Assembly (NCBI GenBank): GCA_041303965.1
Contig: JBFYOD010000165.1
Span: 1 to 62,932, forward strand
DNA length: 62,932 bases
DNA from: Candidatus Aminicenantes bacterium
Lineage (GTDB): Bacteria > Acidobacteriota > Aminicenantia > Aminicenantales > Saccharicenantaceae
Direction of reading: 5' to 3'
Shown: positions 9,298 through 18,812 of the stretch, piece by piece
Numbering within the stretch: the first letter of the stretch is position 1
Layout of the letters: every line of letters starts with the position of its first letter
Program-made: the position numbers and the translations under genes
Notes under the pieces: generated by a model
Told to the model about the DNA's origin: nothing
Database searches by the model: none
What the model saw: the letters and a program-made list of their open reading frames with translations, nothing else

Positions 9298-9744
9298 CTA
9301 TTTACGACCTTTTTTCCGTCCGTCGTCGAGAGAGGAAACGATGTCCTGGAGCTCGTCGCGGACGTTGTTGAGGGCCTTGCGAAGCCGCTCCGGGTGGACC
9401 GGGTTCGAGCGGGCGAAGCCGAACTCGTCCTCGATCTTCCGCTTGATCCCGGCCATGGTCAGGGTTTTCCCGGCCATGAGCTCCTTGATCCGGCCGATGA
9501 TGGCCACGTCCTGCTGCCGGAAGAATTTCTCGCCGCTTCCCGTCAGGCCGGCGTTGAGGAAGGGGAATTCCTCCTCCCACGAGGCTAGGGTCGCGGCGTC
9601 GACGGCCGTCATCCGACTGACCTCGTCGAGCTTGTAGACGAGCTTCATCCTCGTTTTTTCGTCCTTGAAGAGATTGGCCTGAGCGGTTTCTTTTTTCACG
9701 GGCTTCCGGAGGCCAACATTAGCATTTCCCAGGGTTTTGGTCAA
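9298..9744 (-). CDS. MerR-family HTH regulator
   Basis: YKLDEVSRMTAVDAATLASWEEEFP. The merR - tRNA-Pro(GGG) - surE order is a familiar conserved arrangement. Start uncertain. Confidence 0.8.
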   Translation of the reverse strand: MTKTLGNANVGLRKPVKKETAQANLFKDEKTRMKLVYKLDEVSRMTAVDAATLASWEEEFPFLNAGLTGSGEKFFRQQDVAIIGRIKELMAGKTLTMAGIKRKIEDEFGFARSNPVHPERLRKALNNVRDELQDIVSSLDDGRKKGRK

Positions 9745-9838
9745 GGCGCGTTACCGACCCGCCGGGGCGGTTCTCCTCCCGTGCCGCTATGATCAGGCCT
9801 GAGGGCGGTTGTGATATAATCCGGGCCGGGCGCCGCGC

Positions 9839-11173
9839 ATGGATAAGAACACAAGAGGTCAGGGAAAGGGGACCCACACGCCCCTGGCCGAGCGGATGAG
9901 GCCGCAGACCTTCGACCGGGTCTACGGCCAGGACCATATCCTGGGCAAGGGCAAGCTACTCTCCGAGCTCATCGATTCGAACCGGCTCGTTTCCATCATC
10001 TTCTGGGGCCCGCCGGGTTCGGGCAAGACGACCTTGGGCACCATGCTGGCCCGCCAATTCGACCTACCCTGCGAGTTCTTCAGCGCCGTCCTCTCCGGGA
10101 TCAAAGAGGTCAAGGAGTTCATGGCCCGGGCCGAACAGCAGAGGAAGCTCTTCGGCAAGCCCATGGTCCTCTTCATCGACGAGATCCACCGCTTCAACAA
10201 GGCCCAGCAGGCCGCCTTCCTGCCCTACGTCGAGAAGGGGGACATCATCCTGTTCGGATCGACCACGGAAAATCCCTCGTTCGAAGTCATCGCTCCGCTC
10301 CTGTCCCGGACGCGGGTCCTCGTTCTCAAGGAGCTCGACCGCGAAGCGCTTGTCCGGATCATCCATGACGCGCTCGAAGACAAGGAGCGCGGGCTAGGCG
10401 CGATGGGCCTCGCCATCGACCCGAGCGGCCTGGACATGCTCGTCGATTTCGCCAACGGCGACGCCCGCCGGGCCCTGAACACTCTGGAGATCGCGGCCAG
10501 CCTGGCCCGCGGCAAGACGATGACGATGGAGAACGTCCAGGAGGCCCTCCAGAAACGGACCCTTCTTTACGACAAATCGGGCGAAGAGCATTTCAACCTG
10601 ATCTCGGCCCTCCACAAAAGCCTGCGCAACAGCGACGTCGACGCCGCGCTCTATTGGCTCGTTCGGATGCTGGCCTCGGGCGAGGACCCGCTCTATGTCG
10701 CCCGGCGCATGGTCCGTTTCGCCTCCGAGGACATCGGTCTGGCCGACCCCCAGGCCCTGGCCATAACGCTTAACGCCAAGACCGCCTACGACTTCCTCGG
10801 CTCGCCGGAGGGCGAATTGGCCCTGGCCGAGGCCGTCGTCTACCTCGCCTCCGCGCCAAAAAGCAACCGTATCTACACGGCCTATGGCGCCGTCCAGAAG
10901 GACGTCGAACGCAGCCCGCACGAGCCCGTCCCGCTCAACATCCGCAACTCCGTGACGCCTCTGATGAAGGAGATCGGCTACGGCCAGGACTACCAGTACG
11001 CCCACGACAACGTCCTGGCGACGACCGATATGGAGACGATGCCCGAGCGGCTGAAGGGCCGAAAGTACTACGAACCCGGCAACCTCGGCTTCGAGAAAGA
11101 GGTCCGGAAGCGGATCGAATGGTGGAATGCCCTGAAGGCCAAGCTCAGGGAGCGGGGCAAGGAAAAGACCTAG
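9839..11173 (+). CDS. rarA: Replication-associated recombination protein A (MgsA/RarA)
   Basis: PLAERMRP, WGPPGSGKTT, DEIHRFNKAQQ, GSTTENPSFEV, EDIGLADP. Confidence 0.96.
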   Translation: MDKNTRGQGKGTHTPLAERMRPQTFDRVYGQDHILGKGKLLSELIDSNRLVSIIFWGPPGSGKTTLGTMLARQFDLPCEFFSAVLSGIKEVKEFMARAEQQRKLFGKPMVLFIDEIHRFNKAQQAAFLPYVEKGDIILFGSTTENPSFEVIAPLLSRTRVLVLKELDREALVRIIHDALEDKERGLGAMGLAIDPSGLDMLVDFANGDARRALNTLEIAASLARGKTMTMENVQEALQKRTLLYDKSGEEHFNLISALHKSLRNSDVDAALYWLVRMLASGEDPLYVARRMVRFASEDIGLADPQALAITLNAKTAYDFLGSPEGELALAEAVVYLASAPKSNRIYTAYGAVQKDVERSPHEPVPLNIRNSVTPLMKEIGYGQDYQYAHDNVLATTDMETMPERLKGRKYYEPGNLGFEKEVRKRIEWWNALKAKLRERGKEKT

Positions 11174-11176
11174 GCC

Positions 11177-11374
11177 TCAGCCCTCGGCGGCCGGCGGGGG
11201 GGCGTCCTTCTCCTCTTTTTCCTTGAGCAGGTAATAGACTTCCCAGCTGATGTCGTCGGCCAGGCAGCCGATGCAGGACTTCGGGGTCGTGGCGATCTCG
11301 TCGTCGGCGATCTTGTCCTTGAGGATCTTCTTGACGATGCGGCGGATCTTGTACAGCAGAATGTAATTGACCAT
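11177..11374 (-). CDS. Small hypothetical protein with CxxC (65 aa)
   Basis: Host-like codon usage; SCIGC motif; upstream TTGCCT-N17-TATCAT (11422-11394). Confidence 0.6.
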   Translation of the reverse strand: MVNYILLYKIRRIVKKILKDKIADDEIATTPKSCIGCLADDISWEVYYLLKEKEEKDAPPPAAEG

Positions 11375-11423
11375 GCCCGGCTCTCAGCCGGAAATGATAT
11401 CAGTTTCGGCCGCTCAAGGCAAA

Positions 11424-11565
11424 AGAAGGCCTCGGGGATCGTCTTCGTTCGCTGCAGTGATTCTTTATGCCTTCCCGGTCCGGATCCGATGGGAGGAGTC
11501 CGCGTATCCGGCCCGTGACGGCTAAATCACCGCAGGGGCAGATAGAGTTCTTGGGCGGTCTTTCT
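11424..11565. ncRNA. Candidate rod-shaped structured RNA, family unassigned
   Basis: Nested stems CTGCAGTGATT/AATCACCGCAG (11452-11462/11525-11535), CGGTCCGGAT/ATCCGGCCCG and outer AGAAGGCC/GGTCTTTCT, in an otherwise empty intergenic gap. Confidence 0.3.
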
Positions 11566-11640
11566 CAATCAAGCAGAATTATCCTCTACCTGAAGGGGGA
11601 GAAGTGGAGAAGGCTTCTGTTATATAATCCTTCATGACGC

Positions 11641-12768
11641 ATGAATAAATTCAAGCTTTTCGGTGTGCTTGCATTATCGGGCATTACGGCGGTCAACTGC
11701 GCAGTTCCACGGAAAAACCCGCTCGTCGACCCGTCGGCCGTCCGTTTCCCTCTCATCGAGGCGGGGAAGCTCGAGATCGAGGGGGCAGTCGTTGGACAGC
11801 CGCGGGCGCGGGACGGGATCGCCTATTTAGCGACGAGAGAGGGCTTCCTTACGGCCGTCGTCGTCCAGGACCGACAGGTCTTCTGGAAGTTCAAGGCCGA
11901 CCACACCATCTCCGCATCGCCCGAACTCGGCAAGAGCCATATCCTTCTCCGCGACGACGAGAACGTCATTTACGTCCTCGACTTCAAGGGCTCACTTGTC
12001 CTCAAGAAACAGCTTGGCGAGGACGTGACATCGGCCGTTCGGGAAGACAACGGGAGGGCTTATTTCGGGACGGCCAGCGGAAAGGTCATGGCCCTCGACC
12101 TTTCGCCCAATGGGGGGTCGGTCTGGGAATTTCCGGCCGCCGCGGCCATTGAGGCCGGCCCGGTGTTTTTCGGTGACTTGACCATCTTCGGCGCCGCCGA
12201 CGGCAAACTCATGGCCTTTGACCGGTCCGGGAAGATCGCTTGGGAATTCGCCGCCAACGGGGCGACAACCACTGACCCGGCTGTCGCAGACGGCCGCCTC
12301 TATTTCGGTACGGAGAACCGCTTCTTCTATTGCTTAAATGCCGAAACCGGCAAGAAACGCTGGGCCCGCCGCCTCCAGGGCGCCCCTCTTCATCCGGCTC
12401 TCCTTCACGGCCGGCGGCTCGTGCTTCTCGCTTCGAACAGCGTGGTCTATTTTATCTCCCGTCGGGGCGGCTCGATCCTCTCCTGGGCGGCGATCCCATC
12501 GAGGATCGTCCACGACCTGGCCGCCGCCGGGCCGCTCGTTCTCATCACTTCGGGGGGGGCGCGCCTTGTCTCCTACGATATTGCGACCGGAAAGCGCCTC
12601 GGCGAACACCTCGCGTCCGGCCCCCTTGCCGCGGGCGCGCTTTGGGTTCCGCCGTTTATCGTTTGCACTGAAGAGGCTCCGGATTCCGGCCGACAACAGA
12701 TCGTCTTTTTCAGGTCGCAGCCGGCAATCGCATCCTTTACGGCGGGAGCCCGTTCTCCCGACGACTAG
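11641..12768 (+). CDS. PQQ-like beta-propeller repeat lipoprotein (BamB-like)
   Basis: Repeated YFGT/ALD/WEF/W-P units; signal with Cys. Confidence 0.8.
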   Translation: MNKFKLFGVLALSGITAVNCAVPRKNPLVDPSAVRFPLIEAGKLEIEGAVVGQPRARDGIAYLATREGFLTAVVVQDRQVFWKFKADHTISASPELGKSHILLRDDENVIYVLDFKGSLVLKKQLGEDVTSAVREDNGRAYFGTASGKVMALDLSPNGGSVWEFPAAAAIEAGPVFFGDLTIFGAADGKLMAFDRSGKIAWEFAANGATTTDPAVADGRLYFGTENRFFYCLNAETGKKRWARRLQGAPLHPALLHGRRLVLLASNSVVYFISRRGGSILSWAAIPSRIVHDLAAAGPLVLITSGGARLVSYDIATGKRLGEHLASGPLAAGALWVPPFIVCTEEAPDSGRQQIVFFRSQPAIASFTAGARSPDD

Positions 12769-12829
12769 GGTTGTCGTAGACAGTAACCATGCCGTTGGGC
12801 TATCCTAGCGTTGATACACGGAGGACAAC

Positions 12830-13273
12830 ATGAAAAAGATCGGCATTATCATCTGCGGCCGCTATCAATCCTGCGGCGGCGGGAAATGCCTCAGGTCCGT
12901 CCGGGAACGCGTCGGGGGTTTCGCCCGCTATTCCAAGGACGAGCCCGTCGAGGTCGTCGGATTCTCCTATTGCGGCGGCTGTCCCGGCGGCAACGTCGAG
13001 TACGTCCCCGAAGAGATGAAAAAGAACGGCGCGGAGGTCATCCACCTGGCCACCGGGCTGGTCGTGGGCTACCCGCCCTGTCCGTACATCCGGCAATTCA
13101 AACAGTTCATCGAGACGCGCTATGGACTGCCCGTGGTCGTCGGCACCCATCCCATCCCCCTCAAGTATCTGGAGGCCCACCGCCGGCTGCCCTTCTGGGA
13201 TGACATGAATATGGCGGAGATCGCCGGCGACCTGATGAAAGAAGACCGGGCGGTCATGGAGGACTACAACTGA
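12830..13273 (+). CDS. CGGC domain protein
   Basis: IIICGRYQSCGGGKC, CGGCPG, IHLATG, CPY, VVGTH. Confidence 0.88.
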   Translation: MKKIGIIICGRYQSCGGGKCLRSVRERVGGFARYSKDEPVEVVGFSYCGGCPGGNVEYVPEEMKKNGAEVIHLATGLVVGYPPCPYIRQFKQFIETRYGLPVVVGTHPIPLKYLEAHRRLPFWDDMNMAEIAGDLMKEDRAVMEDYN

Positions 13274-13361
13274 GCCGTCGCCGGGATCGACCACCGCATC
13301 GGTGGCCTTGGGAATAACCCGGCCTGGAACATCGAGTCTTTGATGGAAAGGCACACGTCGT

Positions 13362-13847
13362 ATGAGCGCTGACGACCGAAAAGACAAACTGGAACAGGCG
13401 GTCCAAAAACTGCAGGAAGAGATCGAGCGGGACGTCCTTGCGACTTACGGGGCCACGGTGTTTGAGCACTGGAAGCATCCCCGGAATCTCGGGCTCTTGG
13501 AGAATCCCGACGGGTACGCCAGGGTCAAGGGGACCTGCGGAGACACGATGGAGATGTCCGTGCGGGTGGACAAGGACGTCGTCGTCGCCTGCGGGTTTCA
13601 GACGGACGGCTGCGGCACGACGACGGTCTGCGGCAGCGCTGCCACCTGGCTGGCCACGAACCGGACCTTCATCGAAGCGCTGGGCGCTGTGACCTGCCGC
13701 GGCATCCTGGAGGTGCTGGGGGGGCTGCCCGAGGCGGACGTCCACTGCGCCGAGCTCGCCGCCGAAACGCTCCGGCGGGCCCTGGCCGATCACCTGGCCC
13801 ACAAGAACGAGCCGTGGAAGAACCTTTACCGTAAGCCAAGTCCGTGA
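13362..13847 (+). CDS. IscU/NifU-like Fe-S scaffold protein
   Basis: GTCGDTM, DGCGTTTVC, HCAELAAETL. Confidence 0.85.
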   Translation: MSADDRKDKLEQAVQKLQEEIERDVLATYGATVFEHWKHPRNLGLLENPDGYARVKGTCGDTMEMSVRVDKDVVVACGFQTDGCGTTTVCGSAATWLATNRTFIEALGAVTCRGILEVLGGLPEADVHCAELAAETLRRALADHLAHKNEPWKNLYRKPSP

Positions 13848-13934
13848 AGCGGACGGGGATCGGAGGGCGCGACGGCGGTTGAAATGGACGTCCGATTGCC
13901 GTAGAATCCCGCCTTCAAGAAAAGGAGAACGCCG

Positions 13935-14480
13935 ATGACTCGTGAAGAAGCGTTGGACCTGCTCAAGCAACACCTGAAGAATAAGAACCTGGTCAAGCAC
14001 TGCCTGTCGGTCGAGGCCTGCATGCGGGCCCTGGCCGTACGGTTGGGGCACGACCCCGAACCCTGGGCACTGGCCGGCATCCTCCACGACCTCGACTACG
14101 AGGTCACGGACAAGAGCCCCGAGCTGCACACGACCGAGACGGTCAAGGTCTTGCGGGAGAAGGGCATCGCCGAGCCGGTCATCCACGCCGTCCAGGCCCA
14201 CGCCGGCAAGGTCCCGTGCGAATCGCCCATGGACTGGGCCATCTTTTCCGTCGATCCCCTGACCGGCCTGATCATCTCCGCGACGCTGATGCACCCGGCG
14301 AAGAAGCTCAAAGCCATCGACCTCGAGTTCCTGAAAAGGCGCTACAAGGAGAAGAGTTTCGCCCGGGGCGCCCGCCGCGAGGAGATCGAGCAGTGTCAGA
14401 ACCTCGGCCTCGAGCTGGACGAGTTCCTGACGGTCGCCATCACGGCGATGCAGGGGATCGACCAAGAGCTCGGGCTCTAG
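13935..14480 (+). CDS. HD-domain metal-dependent phosphohydrolase
   Basis: KHCLSVE, GILHDLDYE, HAVQAH, VDPLTGLI. Confidence 0.85.
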   Translation: MTREEALDLLKQHLKNKNLVKHCLSVEACMRALAVRLGHDPEPWALAGILHDLDYEVTDKSPELHTTETVKVLREKGIAEPVIHAVQAHAGKVPCESPMDWAIFSVDPLTGLIISATLMHPAKKLKAIDLEFLKRRYKEKSFARGARREEIEQCQNLGLELDEFLTVAITAMQGIDQELGL

Positions 14481-14483
14481 TCC

Positions 14484-16442
14484 CTACTTCAGCACGTCCA
14501 GTCGCAGTCCCACCTCGAAGTACCGCCCCCGCCAGGGGAAGCCGGGCTCGGTGTAGAAGTAGTGGTTGAGGACGTTGCCGAGCTTAATGAAGACCTGGTA
14601 GCGCTCCCTGAATTCGTAGCTGACGATGCCATCGAGGTTGAAATACGCGGGGATCTCCAACAGCGTGGCGGGGTTGGTCCGCGTGTTCCACCACCAGGAC
14701 TTCGAGCCCAGCAGCCCGTAGAGGCCGGCCCGGACGCCCTTGGCCGGCAGGACCGAGACGTCGAAATTGAGGTTGTTCTTGGGCTGGGCGTCGAGGGGCC
14801 TGTCGTCCGTGTCGTTCCGCGGATCGAGGAAGGTGTAGTTGACGGTCGCTTCCAGCCAGCTTAGCTTCTTCTGGGCCTGGACCTCGAAGCCGTAGATGTG
14901 GGCCTCGCCGACGTTGACGTACAGTCGCGTTCCACCCTCCAAGGTGATGGTGTCGATGAAGTTCCTGAACCGGTTGAAGAAGACGGTCCCCGTCAGGTAG
15001 ACCGGCCCGTTCCAGGTCGCGGCGAGCTCGAAGCTCGTTCCCGACTCGGCCAGGAGGTCCGGATTCCCCGAGCTCGTTGAATAGAGGGAGCGCATCGAGG
15101 GGAAGCGCGACTTGCGGGCGAAGGAAACGTGGAAGTCGAGGTCGTCGTTGGGCGTGAACTTGACGCCGATCAGGGGATTGAGGGAGGTGTTGTTCTCGCC
15201 TCCCTCGTACTTGTCGATAGAGTCGAGACTCAGGCCGCCGATGACCTTCCACTGGTCGGTCAGGCGGAATTCGTCCTCGATGCCGGCCGAGAGCGTCCCC
15301 TGGTCGTAGCGATCCCAGGGCAGCCCCGCATCGTCCTGGATGCGGGCGATATCCTTCTGGTAGAGCAGGCTGGCCTTGAGCGTGTTCTGCTCGCCGGCGG
15401 GCACTTCGGCCAGCGCGAAGCCGCCGTAGGACGAGTTGTCGTAGGTGCTCGACGAATCGAGCTCGGTCATCGCCGGGTCGGCGAACCAGTCGAGCGTGTT
15501 GAAGTAATTGACATAGAAGCCGCGGAAGCGCAGAACGGCGTCGCCGCCGAGCGAAGTGAAGCCGCCGGCGCTCAGGCTCGAGCGGTCCCACTTCGGGAAT
15601 CGCCAATACCGGGCGCGCTGGGTGAAGAGGGCGGGGGGCATGCCGTACTCGGACTGGTACGTCCCGCCGCTCACCATGATCTCGGTCTTGTCCGAGGGCG
15701 TGAAGTAGAGCTTGCCGCTGAGGTTGAGGCGCTCGAAGTCGCCGTTGGCCCGCAGGGTCTTGCCGGCCTCGGGATCGGGATAGGTGAAGCCGTCCGAGGC
15801 CTGGTACAAGGCGCTGGCCGCGAGCGAGAAGCTCTTCCAGGCGTACGACGCGTCGGCGCCCAGGCCCGCAGTGGCTTTGTCGCCATAGCTGCCGGTGAGC
15901 GAGAGGTAGGGCTGGGAGGAGGGCCGTCGGGTGATGACGTTGACCAGGCCGCCGAGCGTATTGGGACCGTAGAGGACCGAGGACGGGCCCTTGGTCACCT
16001 GCAGAGTATCGATGCCGCCGGCCGAGACCGTCTTCAGGTCGAAGGTGGAAAAGTAGGGCTCGTAGACGGGCACGCCGTCGACGAGCAGAGCGATCCGGTT
16101 GGCGCCGATGCCGCGGAGCTTCAGGTTGTAGGTGTCCTTGTCGCCGAAGGTGACCATGGAGCCGGGAATGTACTTGACCACATCGGAGAGGTCGCGGGGC
16201 TTGAGCTTGCCGATGTCCGTGGCCACGATCGTCGAGACGGTGGCTAGGGGAACGTCCTTGGGGGCCTTGCCGACGACCAGGATCTCCTCGGTGATCCTGA
16301 CCGCCTTTTCTTCACCTTTTTTCTTGGCTTTCTGCTCGTCCTTCGCGACCTGAGCGAGGGCCGGCGATAGACCTAGAGAAAGAGCAAAAATAATGAAGCC
16401 GACGATGATGAGTTTGGGAATGGAGCGCAGAGGTAAAATCAT
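14484..16442 (-). CDS. TonB-dependent outer membrane receptor
   Basis: Signal peptide; TonB-box-like EEILVVG; plug LRGIG...LLVDGVP, VTKGPSSVLYGPNTLGGLVN; C-terminal GRYFEVGLRLDVL. Confidence 0.93.
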   Translation of the reverse strand: MILPLRSIPKLIIVGFIIFALSLGLSPALAQVAKDEQKAKKKGEEKAVRITEEILVVGKAPKDVPLATVSTIVATDIGKLKPRDLSDVVKYIPGSMVTFGDKDTYNLKLRGIGANRIALLVDGVPVYEPYFSTFDLKTVSAGGIDTLQVTKGPSSVLYGPNTLGGLVNVITRRPSSQPYLSLTGSYGDKATAGLGADASYAWKSFSLAASALYQASDGFTYPDPEAGKTLRANGDFERLNLSGKLYFTPSDKTEIMVSGGTYQSEYGMPPALFTQRARYWRFPKWDRSSLSAGGFTSLGGDAVLRFRGFYVNYFNTLDWFADPAMTELDSSSTYDNSSYGGFALAEVPAGEQNTLKASLLYQKDIARIQDDAGLPWDRYDQGTLSAGIEDEFRLTDQWKVIGGLSLDSIDKYEGGENNTSLNPLIGVKFTPNDDLDFHVSFARKSRFPSMRSLYSTSSGNPDLLAESGTSFELAATWNGPVYLTGTVFFNRFRNFIDTITLEGGTRLYVNVGEAHIYGFEVQAQKKLSWLEATVNYTFLDPRNDTDDRPLDAQPKNNLNFDVSVLPAKGVRAGLYGLLGSKSWWWNTRTNPATLLEIPAYFNLDGIVSYEFRERYQVFIKLGNVLNHYFYTEPGFPWRGRYFEVGLRLDVLK

Positions 16443-16446
16443 GAGG

Positions 16447-16545
16447 TTCTCCTTTTCGAAAATGGAAGGAAAAACCGTTTCCCGTTTTTCCCTATCGGTC
16501 GGAGGGCGTGGCCGGATAAGGCGTTAGCTCCTCCGACTCGGAGAA
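16447..16545 (-). promoter_or_regulatory. Moco/Tuco-class riboswitch candidate
   Basis: Minus strand reads UUCUCCGAGUCGGAGG-AGCUAAC...CCACG-CCCUCCGAC-CGAUAGGG-AAAAACGGGAAACGGUUUUU-CCUUCC-AUUUUC-GAAAAGGAGAA. P1 (UUCUCC/GGAGAA) contains the RBS. Confidence 0.7.
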
Positions 16546-16598
16546 AGGGCGAAGGCTATCATGGACCGTTAGGATTGTAAAGACCCGATGATCTCCCT

Positions 16599-18014
16599 TT
16601 AGTTCCCCTTGGCCGGTTCCTGCAGCTTGCTGTGGCGGACGCCGTACATGAAATAGATCGCCAAGCCGGCCAGCAGCCAGATGCCGAACCTGATCCAGGT
16701 CACTTTCGGCAGACTGGCCATCAGGTAGAAACAGAAGGCGACCGTGATGAGTGGAGTGAACGGGACGCCGGGCGTCTTGAACTTCCGCTCGACTTCCGGC
16801 CGCGTTTTCCTCAGGACGACCACACCGACGGAAACGAGGATGAAGGCGAACAGCGTGCCGATGTTGCAAAGGTCGATGATCATGGGCAGGGGGAAGAGCC
16901 CGGCGATGAGCGCCGTGGCGATCCCGGTGATCCAGGTGCAGATATGAGGCGTCTGATGCTTGGGATGGACCTTGGCGAAAGCCGCGGGCAGGAGGCCGTC
17001 GCGGGCCATGACCATGAAGATGCGGATCTGGCCGTAGAGCGTGACCAGCAGGGTCGAGATCATGCCGATGATGGCCCCCGTCGCGACCAGGGCCCCGCCC
17101 CACTGGATGCCGATACGGCCCAAGGCCGCCGGCAGGGCGTTGCCGACGTCGATCAGCTTGTAAGGGACGATGCCCGTCAGGACGAAAGCGACGGAAACGT
17201 AGAGGACGATAACGACGCCCAGGCAGAGCATGAGCCCCAGCGGGACGTCCCTCTTGGGGTTCTTCGTCTCTTCAGCCGCCGTGGACACGGCGTCGAAGCC
17301 GATATAGGCGAAGAAGATGATGGCCGCGCCGGCCATGACGCCCTTCCAGCCGAATGGCATCATGGGCTGGAGGTTGGCCAGGTTGACGTGGCGGACGCCT
17401 AGGAAGACGAACAGGAGGATGACGGCGATCTTGACGAGGACGATGATGTTGTTGATCTTGGCGCTCTCGCGGATGCCGATGTAGAGGACCCAGGTGATGA
17501 GCAGGGTGATGACGATGGCCGGGACATCGACGATGCCGCCGGACAGGACGATGCGGCCGTCGATCGTCGTGATCGGCGGAGTCAGGAGAGCTCTCGGCAG
17601 CTTGACCCCGGCGCTCTGGATGAGGCCGATGAAGGTCGTCGACCAGCCCGAGGCCACGGCGCTCGCGGCGACGAGGTATTCGAGCATGAGGTCCCAGCCG
17701 ATGATCCAGGCGATGACCTCGCCGAAGGCGACGTAGGAATATGAGTAGGTGCTGCCGGCGACCGGGAACATGCAGGCCAGCTCCGAGTAGGTCAGGGCGC
17801 AGAAGCCGCAGGTGACGGCGGCGATGATGAACGAGATGAGGATACCGGGGCCGGCCAGCTGGGCCCCCTGGCCGGTGGCTACGAAGATGCCCGTCCCGAC
17901 GACGGAGCCGATGCCCAGGGCGGCCAGGTCGACGGCGGTCAGGTTTTTCTTGAGTTGAGTGTGTGAGGCGGCCTCTTCGATCTGGGCCGGAGTTTTCGTA
18001 ATCCAGATGTTCAT
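16599..18014 (-). CDS. APC-family amino acid permease
   Basis: GIGSVVGTGIF, GSTYSY, AYIGFDAVSTAAEETKNP; ATG at 18014 with RBS. Confidence 0.93.
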   Translation of the reverse strand: MNIWITKTPAQIEEAASHTQLKKNLTAVDLAALGIGSVVGTGIFVATGQGAQLAGPGILISFIIAAVTCGFCALTYSELACMFPVAGSTYSYSYVAFGEVIAWIIGWDLMLEYLVAASAVASGWSTTFIGLIQSAGVKLPRALLTPPITTIDGRIVLSGGIVDVPAIVITLLITWVLYIGIRESAKINNIIVLVKIAVILLFVFLGVRHVNLANLQPMMPFGWKGVMAGAAIIFFAYIGFDAVSTAAEETKNPKRDVPLGLMLCLGVVIVLYVSVAFVLTGIVPYKLIDVGNALPAALGRIGIQWGGALVATGAIIGMISTLLVTLYGQIRIFMVMARDGLLPAAFAKVHPKHQTPHICTWITGIATALIAGLFPLPMIIDLCNIGTLFAFILVSVGVVVLRKTRPEVERKFKTPGVPFTPLITVAFCFYLMASLPKVTWIRFGIWLLAGLAIYFMYGVRHSKLQEPAKGN

Positions 18015-18138
18015 GGCGGGCCTCTCCTTTTTTGGCGGTAAAGAGAGGGAGTATATCCAAGTCCGGGCGGAAAGCAATCCCCCGCGGCGGCCCGGCCCGC
18101 TTTGACTTGCCGATGGGTGGTGTGCTAATTAAAACAAG

Positions 18139-18807
18139 ATGAAGATCGTCGCCGTCGTCGGCTTTTCGGAGAGCGGGAAGACGCGGCTCATCGTCCGGCT
18201 CATCGGGGAATTGAAGAGAAGAGGGCTGCGGGCGTATGCGCTCAAGCGCTGTTCGCACGCTTTCTCCCTGGACACCGAAGGCAAGGACACCTCGGACTTC
18301 ACCGAAGCGGGCGCCGACGGGGTGGCCATGGTCTCGCCGGACGGCTGGGCGGCGCTGAGCAAGGCGCCTGTCGCGGATGTCCCGGCGCTGGCCGGCCGGC
18401 TTTTCCCCGGCGCGGACGTCGTCCTCGTCGAGGGAGGCAAGGAGGCTGCCGGGTTGCCCAAAATAGAAGTCCTGCGGGCCGGCGTGTCCGAGGTCCTGGT
18501 CAGCCGACCCGACGAGCTTCTCGCCGTCGTTTCGGATTTCCCCCTGCCCGACGGGCTCCCGGTCCCCACCTTCAAACCCGAAGAGACGACGAAGATCTGC
18601 GACCTGATCCTTAGCCTGGAGGAGGACAACATGGCCGACATCAAGCTCGAAGTGGACGGCCGGGAGGTCAACCTGAACCCGTTCGTCCGGACGTTCATCG
18701 AAAAGACGGTCCTGGCGATGGTCACGTCGCTCAGCGGCATCGACCCCGAGCCGAAGACGATCTCCCTAGTCATCGACAGGAAAGAGGCGGCCGCGAAGCC
18801 GCGCTGA
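18139..18807 (+). CDS. mobB: Molybdopterin-guanine dinucleotide biosynthesis protein MobB with C-terminal extension
   Basis: VVGFSESGKTRL, DTEGKDT, DVVLVEGGK, PKIEV. Confidence 0.85.
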   Translation: MKIVAVVGFSESGKTRLIVRLIGELKRRGLRAYALKRCSHAFSLDTEGKDTSDFTEAGADGVAMVSPDGWAALSKAPVADVPALAGRLFPGADVVLVEGGKEAAGLPKIEVLRAGVSEVLVSRPDELLAVVSDFPLPDGLPVPTFKPEETTKICDLILSLEEDNMADIKLEVDGREVNLNPFVRTFIEKTVLAMVTSLSGIDPEPKTISLVIDRKEAAAKPR

Positions 18808-18812
18808 ATTCG

